A DNA stretch of 63,793 nt, counting the filler, from Phoronis australis (lineage: Eukaryota > Animalia > Phoronida), in assembly GCA_002633005.1 (NCBI GenBank). It is 6 parts of 6 records of this genome, joined end to end, with 100 filler letters (N's around TTAATTAATTAA, not from the genome) between each part and the next. Parts side by side here need not be neighbours in the genome. Positions count along the whole stretch, not along the records: positions 16,003 to 29,413 come from NMRA01000135.1; positions 29,514 to 32,906 come from NMRA01000569.1; positions 33,007 to 47,798 come from NMRA01000818.1; 3 more parts are not named here. The stretch is one strand, 5' to 3'. Made by a program: the position numbers and the translations under genes. The notes below the pieces were generated by a model that saw only the letters and a program-made list of their open reading frames with translations, made no database searches and was not told the DNA's origin. Shown piece after piece: positions 23,801 to 35,915 of this stretch. Positions within the stretch are counted from its first letter, which is position 1, and every line of letters begins with the position of its first letter.

Positions 23801-26299
23801 GTCAGGTAGGGCAGCCTTGCTGCACGTGATGAGGTTTGATGTTAGTTGTTGAGTTTTGTTATTTATTTGTTTTGCTTGTTTCATGATAGCAGAATGTAAC
23901 AATTTTGTAATCAGCCTTATTAATTTCTACGTGATCAATCATTAAGAATACGTCTTATAGTGCACTCAGTGCTGGATACTCGACTAGTTGACATGTTGCC
24001 TTCTTCATCTGTTCTCAATTCACAGCATCCATTTGGTAATTTCTTGCTTGCTCTCAGTCATGGCGGGTAAATCGTTTCCGCTAACTCTTCATGAGAGGGA
24101 ATTCTGCCATTTTGTGATAGTATTTTTGACGTGTACTGTACATTCTTTAAGGATTTGACTTATCCCAACTACGTGATCTAAATGGAGCCTTTTCATTCTT
24201 TAAAAAGTTGAGTTTTCACCCATTCTATCCTACAGATATCCTGTGCCATTCGTCAACTTGTCGATCACGCCGGTGGCCTCAGTTGCCCTCACATTCTCGC
24301 CGGTGACTTCAACACGGTCCCCAACTCGCCTTGCTACAACTTGATCAAGGAGAGCTACCTCAGAGACAAGGACCTAGAACACTTGCAGAGTTTGACCCAG
24401 GTGCCACTACCTGACGGCCAGGTGAGTGTTCCTTCTGTTTCAGTTCTGTTTATATTGTCTAAAATACTGAAATACAAAAAGTTTTGTTTGTGTTTTCATT
24501 TAAATTATGCTCCCCCATCCCCATCTCTCTGGCGTGATGATACGCATTTGACAAAGTGTGGCAAGTTTTAGACATTTCTTGCCTCCTACCACTTAAATAT
24601 GGAATTAAATAAAAAATTTGCGTTATATTTGCGTTATTTAAGAAAAACTGTCATGGCCATTCTGCGTGGTTTGAAACAAATCAAGTATGAAAAGGTCATT
24701 TTAACATTTGGCACACTGTTGCTTTTTTAGCAATTGCTGTTTGAGCATGACTTCTTGTTTTGCTTCCCCTAATAGCAATTTTAGCATAATTATTAGTTTT
24801 TGGTATCCACCTTTTTATCTGTTAAACAATTTGAGAAATTAATATTTGATACAGGCATTTCTATTGACAGGGAATTTGCTGACACTGATTGTTAGTTTTT
24901 ATATTTGTCTCAAAATGTGCCCAAGTTTGATGGTGAAGCATCTTCATGAAATTTGGTAAGACAAGATTTTATCATGGAGAGAGCAGCGGCACTTGCCCAT
25001 TTTCGGACAGTTTTGACTTTGCCCTGCCATGTGGTTGCAATTTAGTCTTGTAGTCGTTTTTGGTGCGTATGTGCCTCTCTCTGACGAGTCATGGCTAGTT
25101 AGTTTTAAGTCAAGCATTACTTGTGTCGATAACTGGATGTATCCAACTGTTGCAGTTCCTTAGTAGTGATTTTAATTTCCTCATGCAATCTCAGTATCCA
25201 TCAGGCTTGCAGTTGTCAATTTTCTGATATCTAGCACTGCGTCCTCAACTATAAGTTCATTAGTACTGCTCACTCTAGTCTGAAAATGTTTCAAAAATCA
25301 ACACTCCTTACATCTCGCCACTTGCCATGCACACAGTGGGCTCATATCAGTGGTTTGCATTAGTCTTGATAATCATGTGCCTTGTTGGAGTAGTCTGGTT
25401 GTAAGGTGGGTTTTTGTTAAACAGTAGTCATGGCTTGTTGTCTCCCTTGGTTATTTGAACATGTGTGGAGAAACTGGACTGTCATTTACCCAACTGCCTG
25501 ACATGTTAAGCAACCTTTTCTCACTGTAACACACGAGTGTGTTTATTATGTTGTGTATGTTTGTCGTTGCAGCAAGCCGCACTTGTCAACTTACTGTGGA
25601 AGAACTTCCAGCATACATCCCCCAACCTGCGAAGTGCCTATTTCACTGTAATGGTAAGCTTTTACTGTATTGCAGTGTTTTGTTATGATATTGAAGCCAA
25701 GTATGCCACTAGATAACAAACTGATTTGGAAAACAAAAAACGATTTGAAAATTAAAAACCACAAGTGGACCTTTGATTTTTTAGCCTCCCGGGCATTCGT
25801 GTTTGTAGGCATCAGTAATTTGAATGTTAGGCTCAAGGTTAGGGTTTATATTCATGTTGTTTTCATGATTGTATTGGATCAAACTTACATACCCTTAATT
25901 TGTCTTGCAGTTTTCTTGCCCTGTGTTGCTTATCAATGTAGTCTTATTATTTATTTGGCATTGCATATGCAGTCTGAAAATTCATGAAACTGCACTGTTA
26001 CGTCTTCATAAAACCTGTTATTTCATTATTACAATGTCATGTGACTCAATACGTACCTGGCACTCTCCATGTCTATTCTCATTACTACATGAAGCGTGGT
26101 GACTTAGGAGACAGCAGTCAGCATTCGAATGAGCCCATAAAACTGCACCCGCTTAAGTTGACCTCGTTTATTGTACTGATCTAGTAGTATCCAGGTCACT
26201 TCACCTAGCCGGTAGGCCTCACTCGAGACCATACACCCTTGCTTTTTGAAGGGTGAAGAGCCTATATCTACTTGTGACTGGATTGAGGAGGGTACTACG
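17847..26299 (+). CDS. CCR4/Nocturnin/Angel-type EEP (endonuclease-exonuclease-phosphatase) protein with long basic-then-acidic disordered N-terminus; 3' end missing
   Basis: join(17847-18016,18477-18582,20206-21971,22990-23125,23623-23805,24236-24421,25573-25653,26252-26299) = 892 codons, GT-AG and in phase. Good Kozak context GCACCATG. EEP motifs FSLVQYNILAE, DIVCLQEV, GEATFFK, VGNVH, ILAGDFN, LRSAY, GEEP. The final DY/PSDH exon(s) were not found before the spacer at 29414. Confidence 0.9.
18591..19901 (+). mobile_element. Degenerate Helentron-associated (HINE/DINE-like) element with tandemly amplified 5' end
   Basis: About four units of roughly 55 bp (TTTTCATTCCCGCATATACAGTACACATGTGGGTGCCTATTGG, 18591-18815), then repeated GAAATTTGG modules. 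Ends CAGTGGGCACAC..TTGCTCTTGTT, like 41580-42203. Confidence 0.55.
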
Positions 26300-28581
26300 G
26301 TAAGGTCGTGTGATTTTCGGACACTGAAAATTAATTCCAATAGAAAAATTCATTCTTGGACGAATCTCGTGAAACATCATTTCTGTGGTGTCCGAATTTG
26401 GCGGACCTCCAAATTTGGGTTTCGGCTAGTGTCCCAATTTCGTGGGTGTACATTATTTCGATGAGCGGTCATAGTATCAAACATTGCTGGCTCGGTCATT
26501 TGATAGCAGTATAATTGCAGGTCAATAAGACTCAAACGGTCTGCGCTATTAATTTTTGAAAATCTGGCTTTCCCAATAAGAAATGTGCATGGCCAACGCA
26601 TAAATACCTTTCCCGAGAAGTGTTGGTTCTTCTTTTCAATGATGCCCTTTCTCAATATGAAATATTCGGCTTGCTTCGCCGATGCTCAAAAACCGTTCTC
26701 AGCAAGTGACAGAATCTGATCAAAAATGTGCTATCTCACTTGAAACAGCAGGCTGCGTTGTGAAAAAGGAGTCTTCCTGGTGACAAATATGGGCTTTCCA
26801 ATGAGTGGGTCTGGTTTGCGTTGTTGACGTACCTGAAACGTTCCAGACAACTGATTCTCTTTTGTAAAAATGCGTTTTCTAAATACAAAATGTCGAGTTT
26901 TCGCTGTCAACCCACAAAGAGCGCCTCGATAGGCGCTTTTTTAATATGGTTTCCCAATAAAAAGCTGGACTTGTGTATTCGACGCACAAAGAGGGTTTCC
27001 GACCATCAAAACATGCGCTTTCTCAATTTTAATTAATTTTGCATTAAACGTTACAGTAATGGACGTGGGAACGATTTCAATGAAGAAATTGATGAACAAT
27101 GACCAGAGCATAGTACATATTTATGTTTGTTAAACGTATCCATGCATTGTCTGCTGGTTACAAACCGTAACGCAAGTTAACTCTGACACGTTTATTTCCA
27201 TATTACCTGAAAGCTCAGTTTCAACATGAAAACTTCGAATGAACACTTATCTAAAATAGATTACAAAGACAATCACGATAGTAAAATGAGTAGTTTCTCA
27301 TCGACTCGTGATCCCCATTCGTCGTTCTAGTAGTCATTGAATTGTTGAAGAAGCGCTGTCGTTCTACACATGTTTAGGCCTACTGCAAACTATGGGAATG
27401 CGTCTACTAGTACAGTGCTGCGCAGCTGAAGACACCATTAACTAACATATTGTATATATAAGGGCGTTGTCTAGAAAGCGAATGCAATTTCAACCAACAT
27501 CAAATTCACCCAAAAGTTTTTTACAATTAAAACCTTTCTCATCCACAGCCTTTGAAATGCTCGATGTTACTCAGTGATACACAGGCGCGTCTTCATGCAA
27601 CTGACACATCTGAGTTCACGTACATTTTTAACCACAGTGAAAACTCTGACTTGTGAAATCGGTTTGTGGATGAAATGAAACTGATAATCGTTAACATTTT
27701 CTGATAATCTGCGTGGAAGACAACAGGGCCGTTTCTTCTGGTCGTCACCAGTTTAACGCCGTCCACGGTTGTCACCAGTTTCGTGCAGCTCAGTCTCCCT
27801 CAGCCACTACTACTTTTCCACCAGCCTCCTGCTGCATACCAATGTCGATTTTGAGCCACTAATTCTACGAGAGTCTGCTAGGTGCAGTATGTAAGTTCAG
27901 CAGAATATATGCCCAATTTGCGTATCTTAAATTTTTTCCCTCAAATATACCTGGATGCATATCTGAGAATAAAAATGCATGCTTGAAATCTGAAAATATT
28001 GCTATTCCCACTAGGATATAATTAGGGTGAGATACAGTATTTATACTGTGTTCGTGTATTCGACATTGCCGAGTATAGGCCCTGGTGTATTTTTACATAG
28101 ACGTTTGGTTTTCCGAACTTATATACGGAAATCGCTGGTAATACTTCCCAAAATTATTTACCCTTGCTGCAAGTAAGGCATCACCTCGGATAAAAATAGA
28201 ACAATAATAATTAGCAATGTAACAGTCATCTCTTTCAAATCAAACACAATTAAACACACAGCTGAAATGCTTCTAAAACTATCTTAAGTAATACAAAAAG
28301 CTTGGTCTGTATTTTAAGTCTCAAAACTATCAACTGAAGGCGGTGACATGGACAAGAAGACCAGGCCCTGTGGAAAGTAGATATGGAACTCCAGGTCGGA
28401 AAGTATAAGGTCCCAGGCTCGTTGCATCGGACTGCAAGTCCTGTATTCTTGTTAGCCTACCCCTAGGTCCGCAAGAAGCAACGGCTATCAAATCTGATTC
28501 AACTGACTTACCATTTTTCGAAATGATTGGAGGATTTTCTTACGGTCGCCGCAGACAGAGATCGAGTGCCACAGGGTACCG

Positions 28582-28726
28582 CTTGGGCGGCGCAGCACTG
28601 AAAAAAGTGGGGGGCTAAAGCTCCCTCAGACCCCTGTGATACATCGCCTATTGACCATGCGTGGCGTAGCACTCAAAAAAGTGGGAGGTTATAGCCCCCC
28701 CAATCCCCTATGGTTCGCCGCCCATG
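28582..28726. mobile_element. Dimeric MITE, 5-bp TSD
   Basis: Same two-unit structure and junction as 4849-4997. Flanks taccg/tcccg. Confidence 0.75.
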
Positions 28727-29413
28727 TCCCGGTGTCCTCAGTTTTCGGGATTCATCTTAATCTCGGGACACCATGGTGTCCAGGGGGTTGTACCTCAGAC
28801 GGTACAAGGCGCGAATTAACAAGACCACAAGTACACAGACCAGTGGATGAGCAAGCAAGAAAATTAGGTCGCCGCATATTCAATCTTTTTTAGGTCTACA
28901 TGGGGGTAAAGCTCGTAACGCTAGGACTTCACTAAAAAGCAAGAATTCATGAAATTACGTGACATATTGTGTATTTTCAGTTGAAAACGTGATTTTGGCT
29001 AGATTTTTCAATTCCCAAGACAGCTACTGAACTCTACCCTGGTCTTCGTCCAGGGCCGCATGGGTGAGAATCTCACGAGCACGCTAGTCTGAAGACTTCG
29101 AGACGTATGGTCAAGTATTGCAAGCGAAGCACACTATCACACTAGCTTCTTTAGCGAGATTCTTGCATCTGTGATGCTTATCAGAGATAGAGAATTTGTA
29201 AGGGTAGTGATGTTTTTTTTTTTGTTCGCTCTCTACAGGTCGCAATTTTCGTCCGATTTTCACGAAATTTGCACACAACATGTTGATCCGGAAGTACTGG
29301 AACGCCATTGTTTTTGGTCATGGCGGACGTGGCGGCCATTTTGTATCTGATTTCACAGTCAAATACTCGTAAAGGCCGCATTTTTCAACGTACATGGCTG
29401 AAAATCGGTATGA

Positions 29414-29513
29414 NNNNNNNNNNNNNNNNNNNNNNNNNNNNNNNNNNNNNNNNNNNNTTAATTAATTAANNNNNNNNNNNNNNNNNNNNNNNNNNNNNNN
29501 NNNNNNNNNNNNN
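29414..29513. other. Artificial contig spacer
   Basis: N44-TTAATTAATTAA-N44. Confidence 0.97.
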
Positions 29514-30698
29514 ATTTTGAAAATGCGACCTGGGATTTTGGCTAGGTCGCAAAATGCGACCTGGCGATTTTAATAGCGTCGAGCCCTGGTTGCTGGTTGA
29601 AACGATACTTTACCCAAAAACCAGTTATCATTGAATACGTTTTTGACTTGTCTAAAATGTCAAATTGGACAAATTTAGTATTTATTTTGTTCTAAATCTA
29701 ATGCCAGCAGTGGTCGTTAAGTCCCACTTGATCTCTCTTAAGTCCTGTTTTGTGGTGAGTCAGTCTGATTTGGAGGACCGGTGGTCCATTTTTGGCTCCG
29801 GCGTCATGTTGTTTCTCACCCATGTACCCCATGATGTGGGATATCAGACTGCATTCTAATACCAGCTCTTGATAAATGGGATTCATTGCCAATTGGAGAT
29901 ATTTTATTGCGAAGAATGGTTTGTAAAATTAGCTTTCATTAGATTCTACATTTTTATTGAAAATGCGTTGCAACAATTTTTGATTTAGTGCAAGTAGGCA
30001 GTTCAGGTATAGTATTCCCATAGTAGGCACTACTAGTTACATGTTGTGGTGAGTTTTGGGAATACTTAGCATGTATTTAGTAGTCTAAGAATAGGGTCTG
30101 CTTTTAAGTGGTCAGTTGTGCAAAAATGATAAATTGCAAACGATAACCTTGTGACAAAGTTTGATGTATGTGTGCAGTAATTCTTCACTTATTTAGCACA
30201 CAATATGGCCGACAAATGAAACTCTATTTTGCCAAAATTTCTCCACAAAATAAAGATCAAGAAAATGTTAGTCTATTGTTAGCCTAGTTTGTACTGTGTA
30301 GATGTTGTAGCATGGTAATCAGCCTTAGAAAATTGGAAAAAAAGTCAAATTTTGGGTAGTGGTGATATGTGTTGATATTAGGCAGTAATGTTGTCATTTG
30401 TAGTAAGAAAGACATGATATTAGGAGTATTTATTAAGATCAGAAATATTCAGACAGTGACTGGCTCTAAAGGTTCCCTCTGTACATAGCACAGGAAGGTA
30501 ATTACAAAACTATTTAAGCCAGAACGCCGGCACAAGTACAACAAGCCAGTTACGGTAGCTAAAGCTATGCTGTTGAATGCAATACTGAAAATTTTAAGGT
30601 CACTGGGATGCAGAGCAATGTTCCTAAAAAGGATTCCTAAGCACATTTTTATTGTTGTGCACAAATTGATAATTTGAAATGATTTGTTCTTTTTACAG

Positions 30699-32295
30699 GC
30701 TCAGGAAGACTCCTCTTTAAGGGCCCTGGAGGCGTTATTAAGCGAATTTTTCTTTGTGAAAACTTCAAATGAAAGAAAAAGAGAAATAGGTATTGTTATT
30801 TATGTATTGCATGGGAAAGTACAAGTTTCTTCTATCTGACTAAGCATAAATATGCCACTGGTTTATCTTGGAAGAGTTCAGTCTTCCTTGCTCATCTTGT
30901 ACTTTTCACTTCTTAGTCAGTTGATAAATGTTGGTGCCGACCAGATATGTGTTTAACAATTGAGTAAAATTAAACTGAATGACAAGTTTAATAAGTATGT
31001 GGATGAAGGCACACTGTATGCTGGCATGTTTTCATTTTAAGATTCACGGTGCCCTTGAAATTCACTAACTGATACTGGCTAGAGAACAGTCAATTCACTA
31101 ACTGATACTGACTAGAGAACAGTCAATTCACTAACTGATTCTGGCTAGAGAACAGTCAATTCACTAACTGATACTGGCTAGAGAACAGTCAATTCACTAA
31201 CTGATACTGGCTAGAGAACAGTCAATTCACTAACTGATACTAGCTAGAGAACAGTCAATTCACTAACTGATACTGGCTAGAGAACAGTCAATTCACTAAC
31301 TGATACTGGCTAGAGAACAGTCAATTCACTAACTGATACTNNNNNNNNNNNNNNNNNNNNNNNNNNNNNNNNNNNNNNNNNNNNNNNNNNNNNNNNNNNN
31401 NNNNNNNNNNNNNNNNNNNNNNNNNNNNNNNNNNNNNNNNNCGTTGTTGTTTCATTGAGCCATAAATGTTTGATGGTGGGTAATTTTAGTAAATTTTATA
31501 AACAATCCGCACAGAATCAAAAACGGAAACAAAAATGCGACTTGCAAAAAACTCCGACTTTTTCACTCCCTCCGATCTCCCCATCAGCATGCCCATAACA
31601 CCAATCAACCACAGGCGCTCGAATTTCTCGATGGCTAATAACCATATATAAGAAACATATGTTTTCTTAGTAATGAATGACGTTAGTGGTGATGGAGGAA
31701 CAGATAAACTCAAGTGCCTGTGCAGTCAACCACAAGAACAAAAAAAATTACGGATGGTGGCATTTCAAACTTATAAAAAATTACGGGTGGTAGGCTGAAG
31801 AAATAAATGAAAAATATGGGTGGTGGGTGCGAAAAAAAGGTGCCTTCCCCCCTCCCATACAGATTTTACTGGAACAGCCCTAACTGATACTGGCTAGAGA
31901 ACAGTCATGTCCCTGCATTCAGGTAGTGCTGCTGGGCCATTACCTTGTGAACACTACATTATTCTGAATATCTTGAGATAACAAAAAGACCCTTTCTTTA
32001 TTAGCGCCACCTAGTGAATATCGAGTCTCTCACTAGTTACCATGATTAGATTAAGACATATGCTTGCCTGGTCTAAGACATTAATCTTAGTTGCGTGCAC
32101 CTATGTGTAAGACAGGTTGCAAAATGAACACATGAGTTTATAATGTTTGCGAATATGGTAATCTTGATTTGCGTTGTTTCAGAACATCAACTGGAGAGCT
32201 TCAGTCTTCAGCAAGATGCATGGCAACACTGCTTGGTGTTTATGGCCAACACATCTAATGAATATGTGATGATGTATTGTATGACTGTACTCGAG
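30699..32295 (+). CDS. XPO6: Exportin-6, two N-terminal coding exons (partial gene)
   Basis: join(30699-30789,32183-32295): AQEDSSLRALEALLSEFFFVKTSNERKREIEHQLESFSLQQDAWQHCLVFMANTSNEYVMMYCMTVLE. This matches the XPO6 N-terminus (ASEEASLRALESLMTEFF..TNERKREIE..AW..CL.F..YVMMY.LTVFE). The ATG exon and downstream exons are absent. Confidence 0.9.
31060..31340. repeat. 33-bp minisatellite, about 8.5 copies, running into an N gap
   Basis: Unit AATTCACTAACTGATACTGGCTAGAGAACAGTC, near-identical. One more partial unit at 31881-31906. Confidence 0.95.
31341..31441. other. Plain N gap (no stop linker)
   Basis: 101 N inside an XPO6 intron. Confidence 0.95.
31442..31880 (-). mobile_element. Harbinger-type MITE end (TIR GGGCTGTTCCAG, TWA TSD)
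   Basis: Ends CTGGAACAGCCC|TAA. Reverse complement of the 46082/46266 units. Confidence 0.6.
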
Positions 32296-32797
32296 GTAAA
32301 TACTATTTGTATGTGATTTGGCTTATAAGAGTGGCATTTGTTTCCTAATCATGTTTTTGAGGTCATGTGACCAAATGATTTAGAACAACTTAGATTTAAG
32401 TGTAAAGTGGTATGCTATTTGCAGAGGCTCCTTTTGATTATTTTGGTGGAAGAGCGTGATTTACCTACTGAAAGTGTATTATTGTAGTGTTGTGACTTTC
32501 AGAATTGGAGGATAAGTATCAACAATATTACTAGGCACTGTCACACCGTAACAAGTTCAAGAATCAAAATATCGAATATTAATAAAATTCTTCATATACT
32601 CAGAATTACTGACAAATAACTTCACAAGAAGATGGGCGGTACCAAATAAATAAATTCAGTTCAACTGACTGAACAGATCTCAACTTATTTTACCAAATGT
32701 CAGAATTTTTCTGTATGCTTGCAGTCTTATAATGAAATTAAGTTAAATTGTTCGTTGTAAAATGTTTGATATCTTGCCTTTGAAAGGTATCGTTGAA

Positions 32798-32906
32798 CTC
32801 CTCATACCTGTGTAATGTCTACTGCCACAACATTGAGCTCCTCATACCTGTGTAATGTCTACTGCCACAACATTGAGCTCCTCATACCTGTGTAATGTCT
32901 ACTGCC
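32798..32906. repeat. 40-bp tandem repeat, about 2.7 copies, truncated by spacer
   Basis: Unit CTCCTCATACCTGTGTAATGTCTACTGCCACAACATTGAG. Confidence 0.9.
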
Positions 32907-33006
32907 NNNNNNNNNNNNNNNNNNNNNNNNNNNNNNNNNNNNNNNNNNNNTTAATTAATTAANNNNNNNNNNNNNNNNNNNNNNNNNNNNNNNNNNNNNN
33001 NNNNNN
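32907..33006. other. Artificial contig spacer
   Basis: N44-TTAATTAATTAA-N44. Confidence 0.97.
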
Positions 33007-33424
33007 TCCTCGTCACCACTGCTGTGAACAAGGTCTCCGTCACTCACACTACTGTCACTGTGATACGGGTCACCGACTCCAGCCATTTTCAGCTTACAAC
33101 ACACTAAACAATCCCTAAATCCAACGCAGTTGAGTTCTCTACTAACCTATCTTGCCACAGAATACTCGCCGATGGAAAGTGGTGGCGACAATTGGTGAAA
33201 AATAGCACAAAACAAAAGTAGAATAGAACAGATTCGCACAGTAAGCTCAACGCAAAACCAAGAGGCGGGAAGCGCTTGCCTCCTAAAACGTCACTTCCGG
33301 AAAAGCGGACGAGTAATTAATAAAATTACGGAAAGCTGTAATTAAGTGAAAAATATGTCTAGGATAACCAACCAACCTTATTTTAGCTCAAAATGACATG
33401 GAAAAAGGTTGCCTTCGCCTTTAA
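33007..33424 (-). mobile_element. Possible Kolobok-like element end with start of an acidic ORF
   Basis: Minus strand begins TTAA|AGGCGAAGGCAACC, contains a CCGGAAGT motif, and has an ATG at 33086 giving MAGVGDPYHSDSSVSDGDLVHSSGDE before the spacer. Confidence 0.35.
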
Positions 33425-33723
33425 AGGTTCTGCATCTTCCCAGCCTCCAATCACTTATTTCACCTTCTCATCTCTTGCTTATGATGTATTTCTCGTATTA
33501 CCTTTGCTACCCACTAATTTTTTTCTTGACTTTCTCTAAATGTTTTGCCTATTAGCCTAGGGGAGCTCGACCTTTTTTAAAAAAGTGCAATATTGTGGAA
33601 ACTATTTAAGCTGGTTCATCCATAAATGCTGTGCGAGAAGTGCGGTCTGTCAGCCAATATATGGTGCAAAATTAGGCGATCTAATTGCACTTGTCTTGTA
33701 AAAATTAGCATTTTAAAATGTCC

Positions 33724-35738
33724 ACCTTCGGGGGCCCAACTTTGCCTCGGCTCGGGGCAAGTTGGGTCCACCCACGGGGCAAGTTCGGCCTCCATTGCAG
33801 TACTCTTAAAATGAACAAAAACACATTTTTGCAAAACTTTGTGTTGGTGTATGCCTGTTTATTTGTCCCAAAGGACCGTAAATTACACAAGAACTAGGGC
33901 TTGAATGTCAACTGTCTATTAAATATACTTCACAAATATCATAATCTCTTACATATTAAATTGATGATCGAATGCTACTTTTAAGATAATGAGCCATTAA
34001 AAGTAAACATGGTGAGAGTTTAAACGTATTTGCTTTAGTCCTCATTCGAGTTACAGCTGTGGCACACAAAGGAGGACAGCATCCCACCGTCAGCGCATTC
34101 CTTATGGGCCCACCCTTTGCACTCAACGTAGGGGACCCACTTTTCTTTACTCCTGCTGTTGAAATAGGGTTCTGGACAAACGAGGCAAAACACTCCTGTT
34201 CAGACTCGCTGTTTGAAGATGGGATGGTGATTTCTCTTCTTTTTGTTTTGTTTTTTTTTTTGTCAACAGCAAGTTTTCTCGCAGGTTTCTTCTAAGTCTT
34301 TCCCTTAGCCTGTTCTTTCAGGGCCTCTTCCTCTGGTGTGTAGGTAAGAATGGCCGATTTTCTCCGTTTTCTGTTTCCACCTGTTGTTTTGCGCGGTGGA
34401 TCTGTTGGGTGTGGTCTCACTGCTTGTACTGTAGTCAGTAGCACCATAGACTATGGTAGCACGTAGTAATACATTTTATTCACGTTAAGACAAAAATACA
34501 GTTAATACAAATTTACGCTTATGGAGACTCTGTGAAGGACCCGAAGGGTCTGCTGACCACGGAGCCACCAGAGAATAAAAATAAAATACAGTGTTACAGA
34601 TAATCAGAATTACAAAATTAGGTGATAATGTAATTTAAAACTACTTGTAAAACGACTAGGAGAGATTATCGAAAATAGTTACTTACGAAGCAGATGGGAA
34701 TAGTGCACTCAAGTTCATAACTGTCAAACAAACGTTTTTAAAATAATCTATAACAGAGGATATCGAATGGGTAAAAATTTTTTGGGAATCACTTTCAGGA
34801 AGGTTATTAATGATATGAGATAGGGCGTTGCGAACTGAATCTTCAGCAAATGATTCAGTACAACGAGGAGTTTGTAGATGTCGGTTTTCTAGTTAATGTA
34901 ATTTCATGAACAGACCCACGGGTGGCAAATACGACTTATTTCCTTGATTATCGACAATCACGGGCTGCTGAATCTGATTCCAGGGATTGCTCAGGATGGG
35001 AAGGCGTTTCTGGGGTCTTGCAAACTGCCCCATCGTAATGAGCACTAACGCCTGAACCTTGTAAATTGAGTCCAAGGCATTGATGGATAGATGTGAATCG
35101 TGGTTATCAAGAATAATGAGTGCGGGAGCATCTTTTGATGGTTTGACATTTTCAACGAAATGCAGAAGAAACATGGTGAAGTTGTTAACTGTCATCCAAC
35201 CTGATGGATGAGCGGTTCCTTTTGAGCCTGCAGGTGCTCCGTTTATAAAGTATTCCTTATAATGCGCTAGAGAATAAATCAAGAAGGTTGGGATGGTCTG
35301 ACCGCTGCCCTTAGAGTATCTGATTCCCTTGATTTAGTTTTTCTCTTGTAATGTCAATCCATGCTTAGGGAAAAATTCTGAAAAAAAAAACAATTAAATG
35401 GTAATTAAACTTGACATTGTATTTGTTCAAGACCAGACGATACCCCGTAAATGTAGATCACAAGCCAGACGGTTTACTTTTGAACCCGTTCTGGCTTCGC
35501 ATCAGAGAATAAAACACTTTCACATTTTTAGTGCTCACAGTATTTACGTTTAAAAATCATATTTTTGTTCACAAATCTTCAAGGTGAGTTTGTGCAATTT
35601 CATGATGAATGCTACTCATTAAATTTCCTGAAAAAATTATTGATAATATATCAAGTAAAGTGAACGGGGCAAGTTCGGCCCCTGGCCAGACTAGCTGAGC
35701 CCCATGTTAACGGGCCCAACTTGCCCCGCTAGCTCTAA
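33724..35738 (-). mobile_element. Decayed pogo/Tigger (DDE_1) DNA transposon with C-terminal PHD-like finger
   Basis: 35066-35290: HYKEYFINGAPAGSKGTAHPSGWMT..FLLHFVENVKPSKDAPALIILDNHDSHLSINALD. 34035-34432: VRPHP..RKRRKSAILTYTP..CLVCPEPY..KWV..CKGWAHKEC..FVCHSC*. CGGGGCAAGTT subterminal motifs at both ends. Confidence 0.85.
34470..34892 (-). mobile_element. LINE (L2/Crack/CR1-group) 3' fragment nested in the pogo element
   Basis: Minus-strand LQTPRCTESFAEDSVRNALSHIINNLPES..KIFTHSIS..YFKN..YELECTIPICFV resembles the ORF2 C-terminus. It is followed by a 3' UTR ending in AATAAAA. Confidence 0.65.
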
Positions 35739-35915
35739 ATGGCAACACACGTGATTACCTCATCAATCACTGAGGAATCTGAATTCATGGCCTGTCTTGA
35801 AGAGCAAGCTGTTGTTAAAACCCACGAACAAAACATTTTTACATCAATGCTCATGGCCAGCACTGAATCGAGTGAAGCTACAAAATAAAAACTGGGTTAA
35901 AAACCAATCATCGCC

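Noticed and set aside
17847-26299. Assigning the symbol CNOT6, PDE12, NOCT or ANGEL
   Set aside because: There is no LRR domain and I could not see member-specific signatures; a phylogeny is needed.
26300-29413. Terminal exon of the EEP gene
   Set aside because: No DYI- or SDH-encoding exon found by eye; probably beyond the spacer.
30311-30314. TAG|CATG|GTAATC as the XPO6 start micro-exon
   Set aside because: A 4-nt exon is improbable and likely a chance match.
31060-31340. 33-bp repeats as a CRISPR array
   Set aside because: Units are directly adjacent with no unique spacers, lie in a eukaryotic intron, and there are no cas genes.
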